Shown one piece after another: positions 14,277 to 32,290 of a stretch of 64,000 nt of DNA. This DNA comes from the human T2T-CHM13v2.0 reference genome, Homo sapiens. Position 1 is the first letter of the stretch. Each line of letters starts with the position of its first letter. Under the pieces are notes generated by a model. It did not search any database. It was given only the letters and a program-made list of their open reading frames with translations, and was not told where the DNA came from. Position numbers and translations under genes: made by a program. The stretch lies in NCBI RefSeq assembly GCF_009914755.1, contig NC_060934.1; one strand, given 5' to 3'.

Positions 14277-16738
14277 GATGTAGAAGAACTTCTAAGAAGT
14301 GAGAGTGGAGACAGAGGCCAAAGATGCTGCTCTAGGCTGCTCCGTGAATTCCAGGACTTCTGAGAAGCACCTTCTGGACAGCGTCTTTACTGCCCTCCAG
14401 GACTCAGCTGGTCAGCAATGGCCAGCCAGACTCCATCCCCAGCGTGGAGAGGAGGTAGCTGATCCCAGAGGCGCTCCTAGCAGGCATGTGGAACCCGAGA
14501 ACAGCTCGCCCTGCCAAGGCAATGGAGAGCAGGCCGGCAAGGCAGGAGCTCGGGCTCTGTGTGGCCAGGCAAGGAGGAGCCCCGCAACCATGCCACCACC
14601 CCTTACTACAAGAAGCCTCTGTATGGCATCTCCCACAAGGTCATGGAGAAGAAGAACCCTCCCTCGGGGGACCTGCTAAACACGTATGAGCTCTTCCAGA
14701 AGGCAAATTCCAGCAACAGCCCCTCGCTGCTTAGGCTCCTGAATGAGCCATAGAAGTGGGACTGTGGCAGCACTGGGGCAGCCACCAACAGTGACCCTAA
14801 CATCTACTTCCTGATCCAGGAGATGTTCTACATGCTCAACACCCTCACGTCCAACAGGTCCCAGCTACACAGCAAAGTGGACCTGCTCTCCCTGAAGGTG
14901 AACCCCACTGAGATGGTGGCCAAATTCCAGCCGACCCCCACCACCCCGTAGCAGCTCACGGGCATGGAGCTTAAGCAGATCTTGGACCAGAGCCTGTCAG
15001 GCGGGGTCCTGGCCTGCTGCCCGCTGGTGCAGCTCTTCCCCAAGCTCTTCAGCCACAGTCAACTTCTCCCGAGGCTGCAGTGCCTGCAGCTTTGAGGCCA
15101 AGCTTAAGCTGGAGTCACTGCACCTGCAGCTCATCCACAACTACATGGAGGTCTACTACCCCTCGGTGAAGGAGAGGGCTGTGTGACAGGCCGAGTGCTT
15201 GCCCCAGCTGAATAAGTTCTTCAGCCACTTCTGGGCCCAGCGGGAGATGGAGAACAGCCAGCCCGGTGGCCAGGCTGCCAGCTTGAGGCTGAGCAGTGGA
15301 CCCCGGCCACTTCCTGGACCACAAAGACGAGGAGGAGGGCCTGTCTCTGGACTGGAGCAGCACCATCGCCTCAGACCACGTGGTGGACATGTAGGCCCTC
15401 ACTTAGTTCCTGCATGAAGCCTCTTCACAGGCGAGTTTGCCGTCTTCCTCCTCCACTGGCTCTTCCCTGAGCTCTTCCACTACCGCAAGCTGGGCGAGCA
15501 GGACAGCTGCTACGGGGACGGCGGCAAGCAGGAGCTGGACCCGCAGAGGCTGCAGATCATCTGCAACTTCACGGAGGTCTACTTCCCCCACATGCAGGAG
15601 GAGGAGGCCTGGCGGCAAGCAGGACCTGGACCCGCAGAGGCTGCAGATCATCTGCAACTTCACGGAGGTCTACTTCCCCCACATGCAGGAGGAGGAGGCC
15701 TGGCTGCAGCGGTGCGCCCAGTGCATCAACGACAAGCTTCAGGGCCTGGGGCTGGACGCAGGCAGCGAAGGCGAGCCCCCCACGCGACAACTGCTACAAC
15801 TCCTCCAGCCTGCCCGATGACATCTCAGTAATCAGGGTGGAGGATAGCTTCAAGGGCGAGCGGTGCCGCTCCAAGAAGATCTGACTGGTACCTATCGACT
15901 TGGTCAAATTGGAGATCCCCAGCCCAACTTGGAGGTGCCCGGCGCCGACGGCCTGCTCAGCAACGAGCATCTTCACAGTATCTACGAGAGCAGCCTGTCC
16001 ATCGGCAACTTCACCTCGCGCCTGCTGGTGCCCCTATTCCCCAAGCTCTTCACCCATGACAACCTGCACAAGCAGCACAGCTGCAGCGACTCCCTGGGCA
16101 AGAAGCAGCTGGACCCGTCCTGCATCAAGCTCATTCGCCACTAAGTGCACCTGCTCTACCTCTGCACCAAAAACAATCGCGTCTGGACCCTTGAGTTCAT
16201 GGGCAACCTGCACTGGAACAGGAACAGAGGCGCTCCTACCAGCAGCAGTGCAAGGTCCACGTGCTGGCCCCGAGTGTAAAGACATGAGGAGCTATGCAAT
16301 CAATCCTGAGAGGTTCAGAGAGGAGTCTGAGGGTCCCCCGCTGCCCCCGAGAGGAGCAGCAAGGACTTCTGCAAGATCCCCTTGGATGAGGTGGTGGTCC
16401 CTCACTGAGCTTCCCGGTGCGCTCTCCCTACCTGCTGTCCGACAAGGAGGTGTGCAAGATCGTGCAGCAGAGCCTCTCCGTGGGCAACTTTGCCGCGGGG
16501 CTCCTCCACCGCCGAGAACCTCCAGCTGCAGTACAACAATTTTCGGGCTTGCAACAAGAAGCAGCTGGACCCTACGCAGCTGCGGCTCATCTGCCACTAG
16601 GTGGAAGCCGTCTACCCCGTGGAGAAGGTGGAGGAGGTGTGGCACTGCGAATGTATCCCCAGCAACGACGAGCAGTGCCACTGCCCTAACAGGAAAAAAT
16701 GCAACATCCTCAAGAAAGCCAAGAAAGTGGAGAAGTGA
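14277..16738 (+). pseudogene. BEND3P3: BEND3 processed pseudogene, CDS-derived part
   Basis: Colinear, intronless fragments matching BEND3 from DVEE..VETEAKDAAL..NSRTSEKH through YKKPLYGISHKVMEKKNPPSGDLL, LDPQRLQII and SSLSIGNFTSRLLV to KKCNILKKAKKVEK* (TGA 16736-16738). Disabled by stops (TAG 14751, TGA 15184, TAA 16142, TAG 16598), frameshifts and a 91-bp duplication. The P3 suffix is inferred from adjacency to NUTM2B. Confidence 0.93.
15520..15704 (+). repeat. 91-bp tandem duplication inside BEND3 pseudogene
   Basis: 15520-15610 repeated at 15611-15701 with one mismatch and GGC junction microhomology. Confidence 0.95.
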
Positions 16739-20201
<3,463 letters not shown>

Positions 20202-20239
20202 GAGGAAATTATCCTATACTCTCCTGGTAGAAGCACAGA

Positions 20240-22000
20240 CCACACACTCACAGCTCTAGAGTGGACGCACAGCCACCACATTTCCTGAATAAATTCACAC
20301 TCTTCAGATTACACAAACTCAAACATGCAGATGCTTGAATAACACACCCACGATATACTCACAGATCCAAATACACACATGGCCGTATACTCCCAAATAC
20401 AAACATACACAAGCCTCCATCTTGAAAACTATAAATATTCTGTCCATATCCTCAGGTTACATACATGTAGTGGTAACACCCAAATACACCCAGCCATCTC
20501 TCTGCCTCCAAATTCTTCACACCAAAAATGTACATCTAAATTCTCATCTAGACACCGTAAGCATAAAGTCCTCTACTCTGAATACACACAAATCCAAAAC
20601 ACAAAGCATTAAAACATAGAACATTACCTGCCTTTTCAAATGTATGCACACATATTCACAATATCTCACAGTACCGTCAAAATACACAAAACCACCCCCA
20701 GCATGCAAATACACACACACCATTCAAATAGGAACACATAACTATCCAGTACCCTCAGAATAAACCCAAAACCCACTATGCTTCTGTAATATACTAAAAA
20801 CTCACCCATATTCCCCTAAAAACACATTTCTGACACCACTGAATACTTAACCTACCTACATAAATATATATCTTAAATATATAACACATATACATGACAC
20901 AGAATACAAATACCCAAAACAGATACAAATCCCCAAAATGTGTTAGTATAAAAATATCCCACACCTGCCAATGCCTCGTCACACACCAGCCTTCACACAC
21001 CTAAACACACTCCCTCATCAACTCCCCATACTCCTTAGTGAAATATAAACACAGCAATGGAACATGTTCTGAATGTATACACAATGGGGCAGATGTATCA
21101 CTATGAAGAGTATTCATGGTCCTTCTCTGTGGTATCTCTGTCTGAGAGATTATACATCCCTAGTCTGTTTAACTCGAGTATGGCCACATGACTTGTTATG
21201 GCAAATGAAATGTGAGCAGAAATGCCATATATGACTCTGAGCAGAAGAAGTCCTTCTAGTCCTGTCCCAAATGAGGCTGCTCCATCCATCTGGATCCAAG
21301 ACACAGGACCAGTAACTGATCAAAGCCAACCAATGGAGGACACATAACATACATGAGAAACCTACCTTGTTGGAAGTCACTGAGATGCAGAATTATTTTC
21401 TTACATCAGATAATCTGAGATATTTTGATGGATGCATACCCCACCCTCAAAAACAGAGAAATACCACACTGCACACACACACACATACACGTCCTCTCAA
21501 AACTCCCCAAATATGCATCCTCAATCATCTACAGTTAGAAATACACATCTACAACCTTCCATGATCCAAATAAATGCACAGACACACCAACTCCCAATCT
21601 CCAAATGCATATATTAGACACTCCAACCTTCTCAGGCCAGCTGCATAAAACCTGCAGAAGCTATGAATTCACACATGCCTCATCCCACCAGAATTCAACA
21701 CATACTTCACATAACCTTACCCTCCTTCAAATACATATACATGCTCCCTACACATACTCTGAATATCCACATAAACTACCCACAGTCCAGAACACATATA
21801 ATCCAAAAGAATCCTCACATTATACACAAAACTCCAACTCTACCACAAACATATGTGGTGGCTTTCCTCCCTAATACATATACAGCCCCTCAAACTCCCT
21901 AAATTCATACATACAAACTCCAACTTTGTATGCACAAAGACACACTACCCTAAACATACAGACCTCCACCTCCTACAATCCTGAACACACAGACACATGC
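20240..22000 (+). repeat. Degenerate A/C-rich low-complexity array, block 1 (interrupted by a MaLR-like piece at ~21100-21420)
   Basis: Recurrent ccaaatacaca/cacacat motifs with very few G on the + strand. Confidence 0.75.
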
Positions 22001-22400
22001 ATTTGTCTTACACCCTCAGACTACAAATGAAGAAATGGATTCAAGCTGAACAGAGGCAGACTGTGGTTGATGCAGGCATCAGCCACCTAGATCCCTCCTT
22101 GATGAATGACTTGTTTCACCATTTGCTGGGAATACTGTTGGAAGATAGACTTGGCTCTCAGGCCCTCCCAGGGTTGCTTCAGCTATGGAGAGCACCCTTG
22201 CTGAGTTCTCTCCACTTTCTGGGGAAGCTTCATATCCAGTGGCTAATCCAAGCAGGTGTAAAGCGGCTGACTAAGGACAGTTCTATTGAGACATTTTAGT
22301 CCAACAGCAGCATATGGGGTCAGGTGAGACTGTTTGGGGGCCTGAGTCATAGTTTAACTTCTCCTTCAATGAAACTATGCTCCCTTTTTTCACTTTTTAA

Positions 22401-22805
<405 letters not shown>

Positions 22806-23559
22806 ATTCAATGATTATTTATTAAGCATCAACAAATACAATGATGACTACTCTCTTATGGAGACTATATCCCATGGAAGTAAACAGATAATAAATAAAT
22901 ATACTATGAATACAAACACGTACACACAGTTTCCTGGAGATGTTCAGTCAGCAATTAGATTAAGCAACTGAGGCTCTGTAGAGACAAGTGAGGGGCTAAA
23001 AATATAGATTTGAGGGAAAATGCAAAGGAGAGAGTACATTCCCTCATATAAAATTGTTTCTCCTGGTGAGGTTTCCTGCAATTTTGGCACAAGGCATGCA
23101 TTCGTTTTCAGGTCTATCGGTTATTTACTGTGGTAATACTGTAGATCGGCAGATTACTGCAGAATCCAATGGACTGAAGCCATAAGCATTCACATCAGGC
23201 CTCTGAGGGTCAGTGATTTGGCTTGGCTCTGCTGGGTGGTCCTTCTGCTCCAGTCTGTTCCGCCGTTCTTTGTTGCCTCCTTGGTACAGACACTGTAATG
23301 GGTGCCCCAGAGGATTCTAAGGTGAATAGGTCAGCTCCCTGTGTCTGAGGTTTAAATCCTGTAGGAGCAGAGGTTTCCAGCATTAATTTTGCTACGAGAC
23401 AGAGGTTGAAGTTGGGGATTTAGGGGCAAGAGCAGGGAGCCCATGCTCCCCTGGGGCCATCAGAAGAGGGGGCTCTGAGTGTGGATGGGAGGGGGCCTAT
23501 ACTAGGGAAATGGGCAGTTATGTTCCGTATGGACTAGTAATCACATTAGCTAACAGTTA

Positions 23560-23790
23560 TGCCATATGCACCTACAGTACAGCCTTCACTGCTCCAAGCA
23601 CTTTACACATATGAATGCCAATCTTTATAACCCTGTGGAGTTAGCACTATTATCCTCATTTTACAGATAAGTAAGCTGAGGCTCAGAGAGGTTAAAATAC
23701 TTGCCCAAGGTCACAAAGGTCAGGTATACACTGGGGCTTCTGGGATTTGAGCCAGCAGTCTGGCTCCAGAGCCTGTACCCTTGACCTGAC
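23560..23790. mobile_element. MIR element
   Basis: MIR core attatcctcattttacagataag..ctgaggctcagagaggttaa..acttgcccaaggtcaca. Confidence 0.85.
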
Positions 23791-25417
23791 CATGGCTGCC
23801 CCTTGAGAAACTTCCCTGCCACTGGGGGAGTGCTGAGTGCAGAGAAGACATTTCATACAGGAAGTGACATTTCAGTTACATCTTCTGGCAATGAAGCTCC
23901 CCCTAAAATAAGGGGTCCTCATGGGGGAGGATCACCCAACCACAGCCCTTTCCAGTGCCCACTGTCAGCACAGCAGCTGTGTCCTTGCTGGTAGAACACC
24001 CCATCTCTCACCACCTGCTTCCCATGCTGGGCCTGGGCTTGTCCCTCCTGGGATACCTCCAGCTACATTTGCCTCCACCTCTCATTAGGAACCTGGGGTG
24101 ACTCCCAAGAGAAGGCCCTGGTCTCCTTAAATATCCCAATTCTAACCTGCAGACACCATGGACATACTTATTACTCAAAGGATGGTTGAATAAAGTCTTG
24201 ATCTGCAAGAAGGACATAGACCACTGAGCCCCAAGCTGACATTCCCCCAGTGTTCCCTACTTACAGCCCCAGGAAATGGGTCTGGGCAAGGAAGGAGAGG
24301 CTGGGGACTCTTGTGTGTAGAGGGGCTTCATATGCGCTGACATGCCCCCTCCACCTCTTTGTGCAGTCAAAGCCTGCCTCCCACTCCATTCCCGACCCCC
24401 AGCTCTCCCTGCTCTGTTCCTAGTGTCTGCCTGGCTGGCCCATTCTGCCTTCCCTGGTCAGCCCATTCTGCCTTTCCTGGTCTTGCCCGCTGAGTCTCCT
24501 TCCTTTGACCCCAGGCTCCTGCAGTGGGCATCAGAACAGCCTCCTTTGAAGGGGCAGTTCCTCAGTGGCCTCACTGTTTCCTTCTGAGTGTTCTCAGACC
24601 CACTGCTGTGTCACTATAGGGCACCAGGGCCCAGTGAGGACTGAGATGGGGACATATCCTTTTTCCTATCAGCTCCTGGGAAACAGAACAGTCAGAGGCT
24701 TCTAAGGGGCTGGACAGAGGGGCCACTCAGCACACAGCTGAGGATATCTTCTGTTCATAGAGAGAAGTGGGTGGTGCAGGATACATTTCATGACATACAC
24801 TCCTCAAAAATATTGAGCCCAGAACAAATGGCTCAGGCCGACCTCAGCGATTCTAGCAATTGCCATTCATGCAACCTGCATGGGAAATTTTCTGTGCTGA
24901 TTCAAGACCAAGAGACACATATACTTCTCCCCTAAAACTCAGGATCCATGACTACCCATTTCAAAACAAAGAAATCCAAGAAGATCTACCTGGTATACAT
25001 TACAGTGCATTTTTTTAAGACATATATTATAAAAGCAGACAGAGCTCCATTCCGCCAACAAAACACAATACAACTAGTGCAACATACCCTCATTATGTTA
25101 GGGCAGGACATGAGGGGGCAGCAAGAACTACCAGGAATCCATTTGTACCACAGGGAAGTGGCTATCAGAACATTAAAGGAAGTGATGTTGGCACATTTTA
25201 TTGGCAAGAGGATTCACCACGAGGAAGAAAAGGCCAGAAGGCGACTCCCGGTAAGGAGCAAGGCCCACAAATCCTCGGGTGAGTCTGAGGGAGGAGGTGG
25301 TGGCTGTGGGGTCAGCAGGTGGACACCTCCATCACGTGGCTCCCTCTGCTGGGCTTGTGGCCCCATGTGCAATAGAGAAACTAATGGAAGGTTGAGTCAC
25401 CCAATCAGAAACAAGCT

Positions 25418-25735
25418 GGCCAGACGTAATGGCTCACACCTGTAATCCCAGCACTTTGGGAGGCCGAGGCAGGTGGATCACCTGAGGTTAGGAGTTCGAG
25501 ACCAGCCTGGCCAACATGGCAAAACCCCATCTTTACTAAAAATACAAAATTAGCTGGGCTTGGTGGTGCATGCCTGTAATCCCAGCTACTCTGGAGGCTG
25601 ACGCAGGAGAATGGCTTAGAACCCGGGAGGCGGAGTTTGCAGTGAGCCGAGATCGTGCCACTGCACTCCAGCCTGGGCAACAGAGGGAGACTCTGTCTCA
25701 AAAAAAAAAAGAAAGAAAGAAAAGGAAAAAAAAGA
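25418..25735 (+). mobile_element. AluSx-like, full length
   Basis: ggccagacgtaatggctcacacctgtaatcccagc...gagactctgtctc followed by an A-rich tail. Confidence 0.93.
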
Positions 25736-27293
25736 AACATGAAGCTGAAGCTGAGATGCGCTTGCCACTCCAGGGGCATCCTGAGCCTTTGGAAAGAACC
25801 CATCGACAGGGTTCTCAGAAACATCAGAGCCACATTTTCTCAGGGGGGCCTCCCTGTCTCTCCAGAACCCAGCTCCCAGCACCCCTAAGGACAGAGCCTG
25901 CCCAGCTCTGCCCGTGTCACTTCACTGACCCCCACCCCTGCCAGGCTTCACCCACACCTGCAGGGCCAGCACCCAACATGCTGAGAGAATGGGGACCCAG
26001 AACCAGATGAATACATCAGGGGAAACCGAATCCATTCTCTCTTGGGGTCCTGAGCCTCCCAGTGACAGAAGATCCAGGAGATGCGAGTGGGAGGTCGCCC
26101 TAACAGGATCTAACATCATGCTCCAGATTGCTGAAGGAACACAGATCGGTGCCTCCTCTCCTTGACTCTACCCTCCTCACTCCTTAGCACCAGGCCTGGC
26201 TGTACATCCCTGCCAAGGTGCAACTAAGACCTTCACCTGCAGCTCAGGGGTGCCCCAGACAGGAGCACAAGAGGAGGCTCATCCCCACCCACAACCCAGG
26301 CCGGAGCGAATCTGGCTGCCCAGGCTCTGTGTCTGGCTTCTGCCCCAGGACCTGAGCCCGTGTAAACTCAGGCTTCCTTGGCCTGCCCTCCCCAGGCCCA
26401 GGTTCTAAAGGTGTGCTCCCCACCACTTCCTTGTTGCTCCTCCACTTTGTCCCTAGAATTACAGCCCAGCTCTAGGTGGGACTGTGAAGCTCTGCCCAAT
26501 GCTTTCCACAAGAAGTCAGATTCAGGCCCTTGTGCCTGAAGACTCCTTGTGAAGACTAGATGACACCTTCTCCAAGAGCAGCTAAGGAATCACCTTGGTT
26601 CCTCAGGCTGAGTATACATTTTCTGTACGGAACTTCAGAAAGAAATGGTCAACATTCATTCCTCACTTCACCAGAGAAAGAAGAAAATGTCACGTGCCTT
26701 TGATTCCCTCTTTTTACCAAGACTCCACTGAGATAAAACTCCTAACACAGAAACCAACACATATTCTCAACACTGGGTACCTGCTGGAGGTCCTGCCTTA
26801 GCCCCGAAGCCTCAGGTTCCCATGGGGACAGGTTGGTTGAGAACTGGTGGCCTAGCTCTCAGCCTGACACCCAACAGTATCCCCACCCAGGAGGCAGATG
26901 GTAGTGCAGGCACAGGTTCTGCAGGCTTTCATCTCGTGGAACGTATGTTAGAGGGTGTCCTCGTCACTCGCCATGCCCCAGAGGAATCAGCAGGGACATC
27001 AGGACTGAGAGAAGACATGGCACATGTGACCTCCTGTCCTGGAAACCCCACATCTTTCTGACTGTGCTGATCACACGGACAATATCTAGAAAAGTTCTGC
27101 TCTGCACAGTGTTCTGTCTACCAGGCCCACCCATCTGAGGACCCAGATGCTAGGAACACACAGATACTGAAGGAGCAACCACCTGCCTAAGGTGCAGGTA
27201 CCCCTGCATCCATCTGTAGGAGGAAAAGCAAGAAACTACCATTTATATGGATTCTTTGGCCCTAAGAATGAACCACCTATTTAGGAGTAACAC

Positions 27294-27356
27294 AGTGATG
27301 CAGAATGACCAGGGAGGGTCTTTCTCAACCATGCTCCCTGGTCATTCTGCATCACT
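27294..27356. repeat. Perfect 23-bp inverted repeat with 17-nt spacer (hairpin)
   Basis: agtgatgcagaatgaccagggag (27294-27316) / ctccctggtcattctgcatcact (27334-27356). Confidence 0.95.
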
Positions 27357-27810
27357 ACAATACACATAGAATCCCCAGAATACACACCTATTAAAGCCTC
27401 AATATTCTTGCTTCATACAAACATTTGCTTACAGATCCTGAACACACACACCGCCCCCCACCCCAGTGGTGTGTTGCTAACTGCTTAATAAAATGCTCTC
27501 CAGGGGGAAATAGGAAAGCCTAGAATTGTGATGCTTAAGTGGTGTAAGTATCTCAGCATGACTAATTTTAAACTACCAACCTAACGCCACTGAACACAGA
27601 GATGAGAAGAGATGTGCTGTGCCCAATGGCTACCCCAAGCCAGTACAAGCCAGCTCCAGCACAGCCACATCCTTTCATAGGAATATGTGTACACAATCTA
27701 CCTGCACCCTGAGTAGGACCCACAACTCTCACCCCAAATATAAAAACAAAACCAAACGATGTACCTCCAGAACACAACCTCCTCATATATCCTGAACAGA
27801 CACACACAAC

Positions 27811-28360
27811 TGAGATAGGATAGGGTGGCCATAGCCTCCATTAAAGGAGAACAACCTTGCTAAACAGATGAAGAGAACAAACCATCCGACAGTGCACAAG
27901 GAGGTCCTGCAGTAAGGAGGTGGAAAAGAAGAAGGGGAAATCCCCAAATTCGCACAAGTGCGAAAACCCATGATTAGTGTCCCTGGGTTGACCAGTGCTC
28001 ACTATAACAGTGAAAAACACACCCTTGGGTAGAGATTTAAGATGTTAATGATTCACCTGATATAGGCACTAGCATGTGCAGCAATAGCGCATGCACGTCC
28101 AGAGAACAGTCCAGAGAGTGCTTAACAGTGACACCCCTTCCCACCCCTTCATGAATAGTCATGTAAGGCTCCCATAAAGGAGGTTTCCCCAGTGTCAGTC
28201 AATGCTGTCTCACCTTTGAGCAGCCCACTCTGATCGGCTGTCAGAGTGTACATTCACTTTGCAGTAACCTCTCTTGCTTACTTTTACGTTGGACTCACTC
28301 TCAAAGTAAGACTTCTTTTGTGCAGCAAAGTCAAGAACCTGAACCAGCCCACCAGCAACA
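27811..28360 (+). mobile_element. Solo ERV1-class (MER4-group-like) LTR
   Basis: TG...CA termini, 4-bp TSD CAAC (27807-27810, 28361-28364), TATA-like cccataaagg, and a typical 3' end gtcaagaacctgaacc...caaca. Confidence 0.85.
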
Positions 28361-28549
28361 CAACTGCTACCTGTACCCTAAATACACAGATGGCCTGCAC
28401 CAATTATTACTTAAATTTGCAGACAAAACTCTACCTGCCCCAAATGCTCACCTCACTGCTAAAACCATATATGTACATATATACGTGCCCAAATACAAAC
28501 ACGTACAATGAACACAGTACCCATATATACCCATATATAGTGTGAACCC

Positions 28550-29006
28550 TGAAAGGGCTGATCATGAGTGGCTAACTGGGCCTAAACTCAAAATGGAGCC
28601 AAGCAGCCATTTGCTGACTGCAAGTCTCACACATTTACCCTGTTTCCTGCAAAAACCACGTACTTGTGTTACTTTGGGACTTTCACAGCTGTCTGTTCCT
28701 GTTTATGTCACCTGAATCAAGGGTTACCATTTCATCATATGGACTTAAGAAATAGACTGTGACTTGCATCAGCCAATCAGAAATAAACAAGCTTGTATCC
28801 CTCATTTGCAGAGTGAACCAGATCGGGAATCTGAGAACGAATTTCTCTGTAAAAGATAATACCTCTCTTTGTTCTTTCAGAGTGTATCTTTGTTTTGCAC
28901 TGAAGGCTGGGACTCCTTGATTTGCAAACAGCTCAGTGGAATCAAATTTCTATTTTTTTCTTTTGTTATTTTTTTAAGAAAATCCTTTTCAGTAGATTTG
29001 TTAACA
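28550..29006 (+). mobile_element. Solo ERV LTR (family not determined)
   Basis: tgaaagggctgatc...gttaaca, with CCAAT box (agccaatcag) and atttgca motif, interrupting the A/C-rich array. Confidence 0.65.
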
Positions 29007-29049
29007 GTACATAATGAAAATCCTATAGGCATAGGCTCAAAAAAAAAAA

Positions 29050-31365
<2,316 letters not shown>

Positions 31366-31759
31366 GTAAGCGATTGTCATGGAAGCTTTTCTTGACTTTG
31401 GCCACACTCTTGCATCCACAACCAACTTGTGCTACCAAGCGAACAAACTATGACTAAAGGACTGTTCTTCCACTTTGCAGCTGCTCCTATCAGTGACAAA
31501 TCAGCGTATTAGAACATGCATGCTGGCTGATCATTCTGATCAAGTCAACAAGCTTCACAACTTACTCAATGAGGTCGTCCGTGAGAACTTCACTGTTTTA
31601 CGGGGACAGGAGCTACTTCTTTGCTGAACTGCATCACGGTTTCAACTGCTGAGGTTTTCTTCAAGCTTTTGCATTGTTTGGAATGTGAAAGGCACGGCCG
31701 AGACACACTTTGAGGTTCCCACTGCATTGTTACACCTCCCCCCTCACTTCAGGGCCAGG

Positions 31760-32290
31760 TGAGCAAGGGAAAGGAGCGCGGCCTGGGCGTCCCGCAGGGC
31801 CCCCACTAGGAAAGCTATGAACGCTCCCGCCTTGAGCACAGCCACAGGCCTGCTCTGGTCACAATGTGGGGTCGCCCCGTGGACACTGGTGACCAGTGGG
31901 AGCATGACCAGGAGGTGAGATTACCTTCTGATCACCCTTGGCTTTATTTTTAGGTAACACCAAGAAGGACGCCATGAGAGCGAAGGCCGGTGGGTCACCG
32001 CCCTTTGCTCTCGTGCTGCGCGTCTCCCTGCCATCAACCGCCGCAACCGGCGCTGGGAGCGGTTGAGGGCGGCCGGCCTCGCGCTGGAACCTCGCCCGCC
32101 TCAAGGCTCCTGCGGCGGCACACGGGGCAGGCCAGGAGCCCGCCCTAGGAGGGCCCCGCTGGAGATGTGGAAATGGAGGGACGCGGCACCTGGGTGCTTC
32201 CTGGGGCCAGACAACGCCCCCTCATTGGAACCTCCATGACCGTGCCTCTGAGAAACCAGCGCGTCCGCAACGATCACTCCTAATTTTCGG
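31760..32290. promoter_or_regulatory. CpG island, candidate promoter
   Basis: Local cluster of CpGs and GC boxes (GGGCGG/CCCGCC) in otherwise CpG-poor DNA, ~2.7 kb upstream of the NUTM2 ATG. Confidence 0.7.

Noticed and set aside
14299-14753. Short ORFs with BEND3 N-terminal similarity
   Set aside because: Non-ATG starts, frameshifted, and terminated before any BEN domain. These are pseudogene fragments.
25090-25185. Kinase N-lobe-like pattern LGQDMRG...EVAIRTLK
   Set aside because: Glycine loop incomplete, invariant Lys replaced by Arg, and no downstream kinase subdomains seen. Insufficient to call a kinase pseudogene.
25405-26010. 142-146 aa ORFs, and similar ORFs at 22470, 30782, 46736, 57226-58048 and 62759-63319
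   Set aside because: Alu-derived peptides ([23 protein letters not shown]).
31760-32290. Possible site of the NUTM2B-AS1/LOC642361 CGG repeat
   Set aside because: No (CGG)n or (CCG)n tract is visible here or elsewhere in the window.
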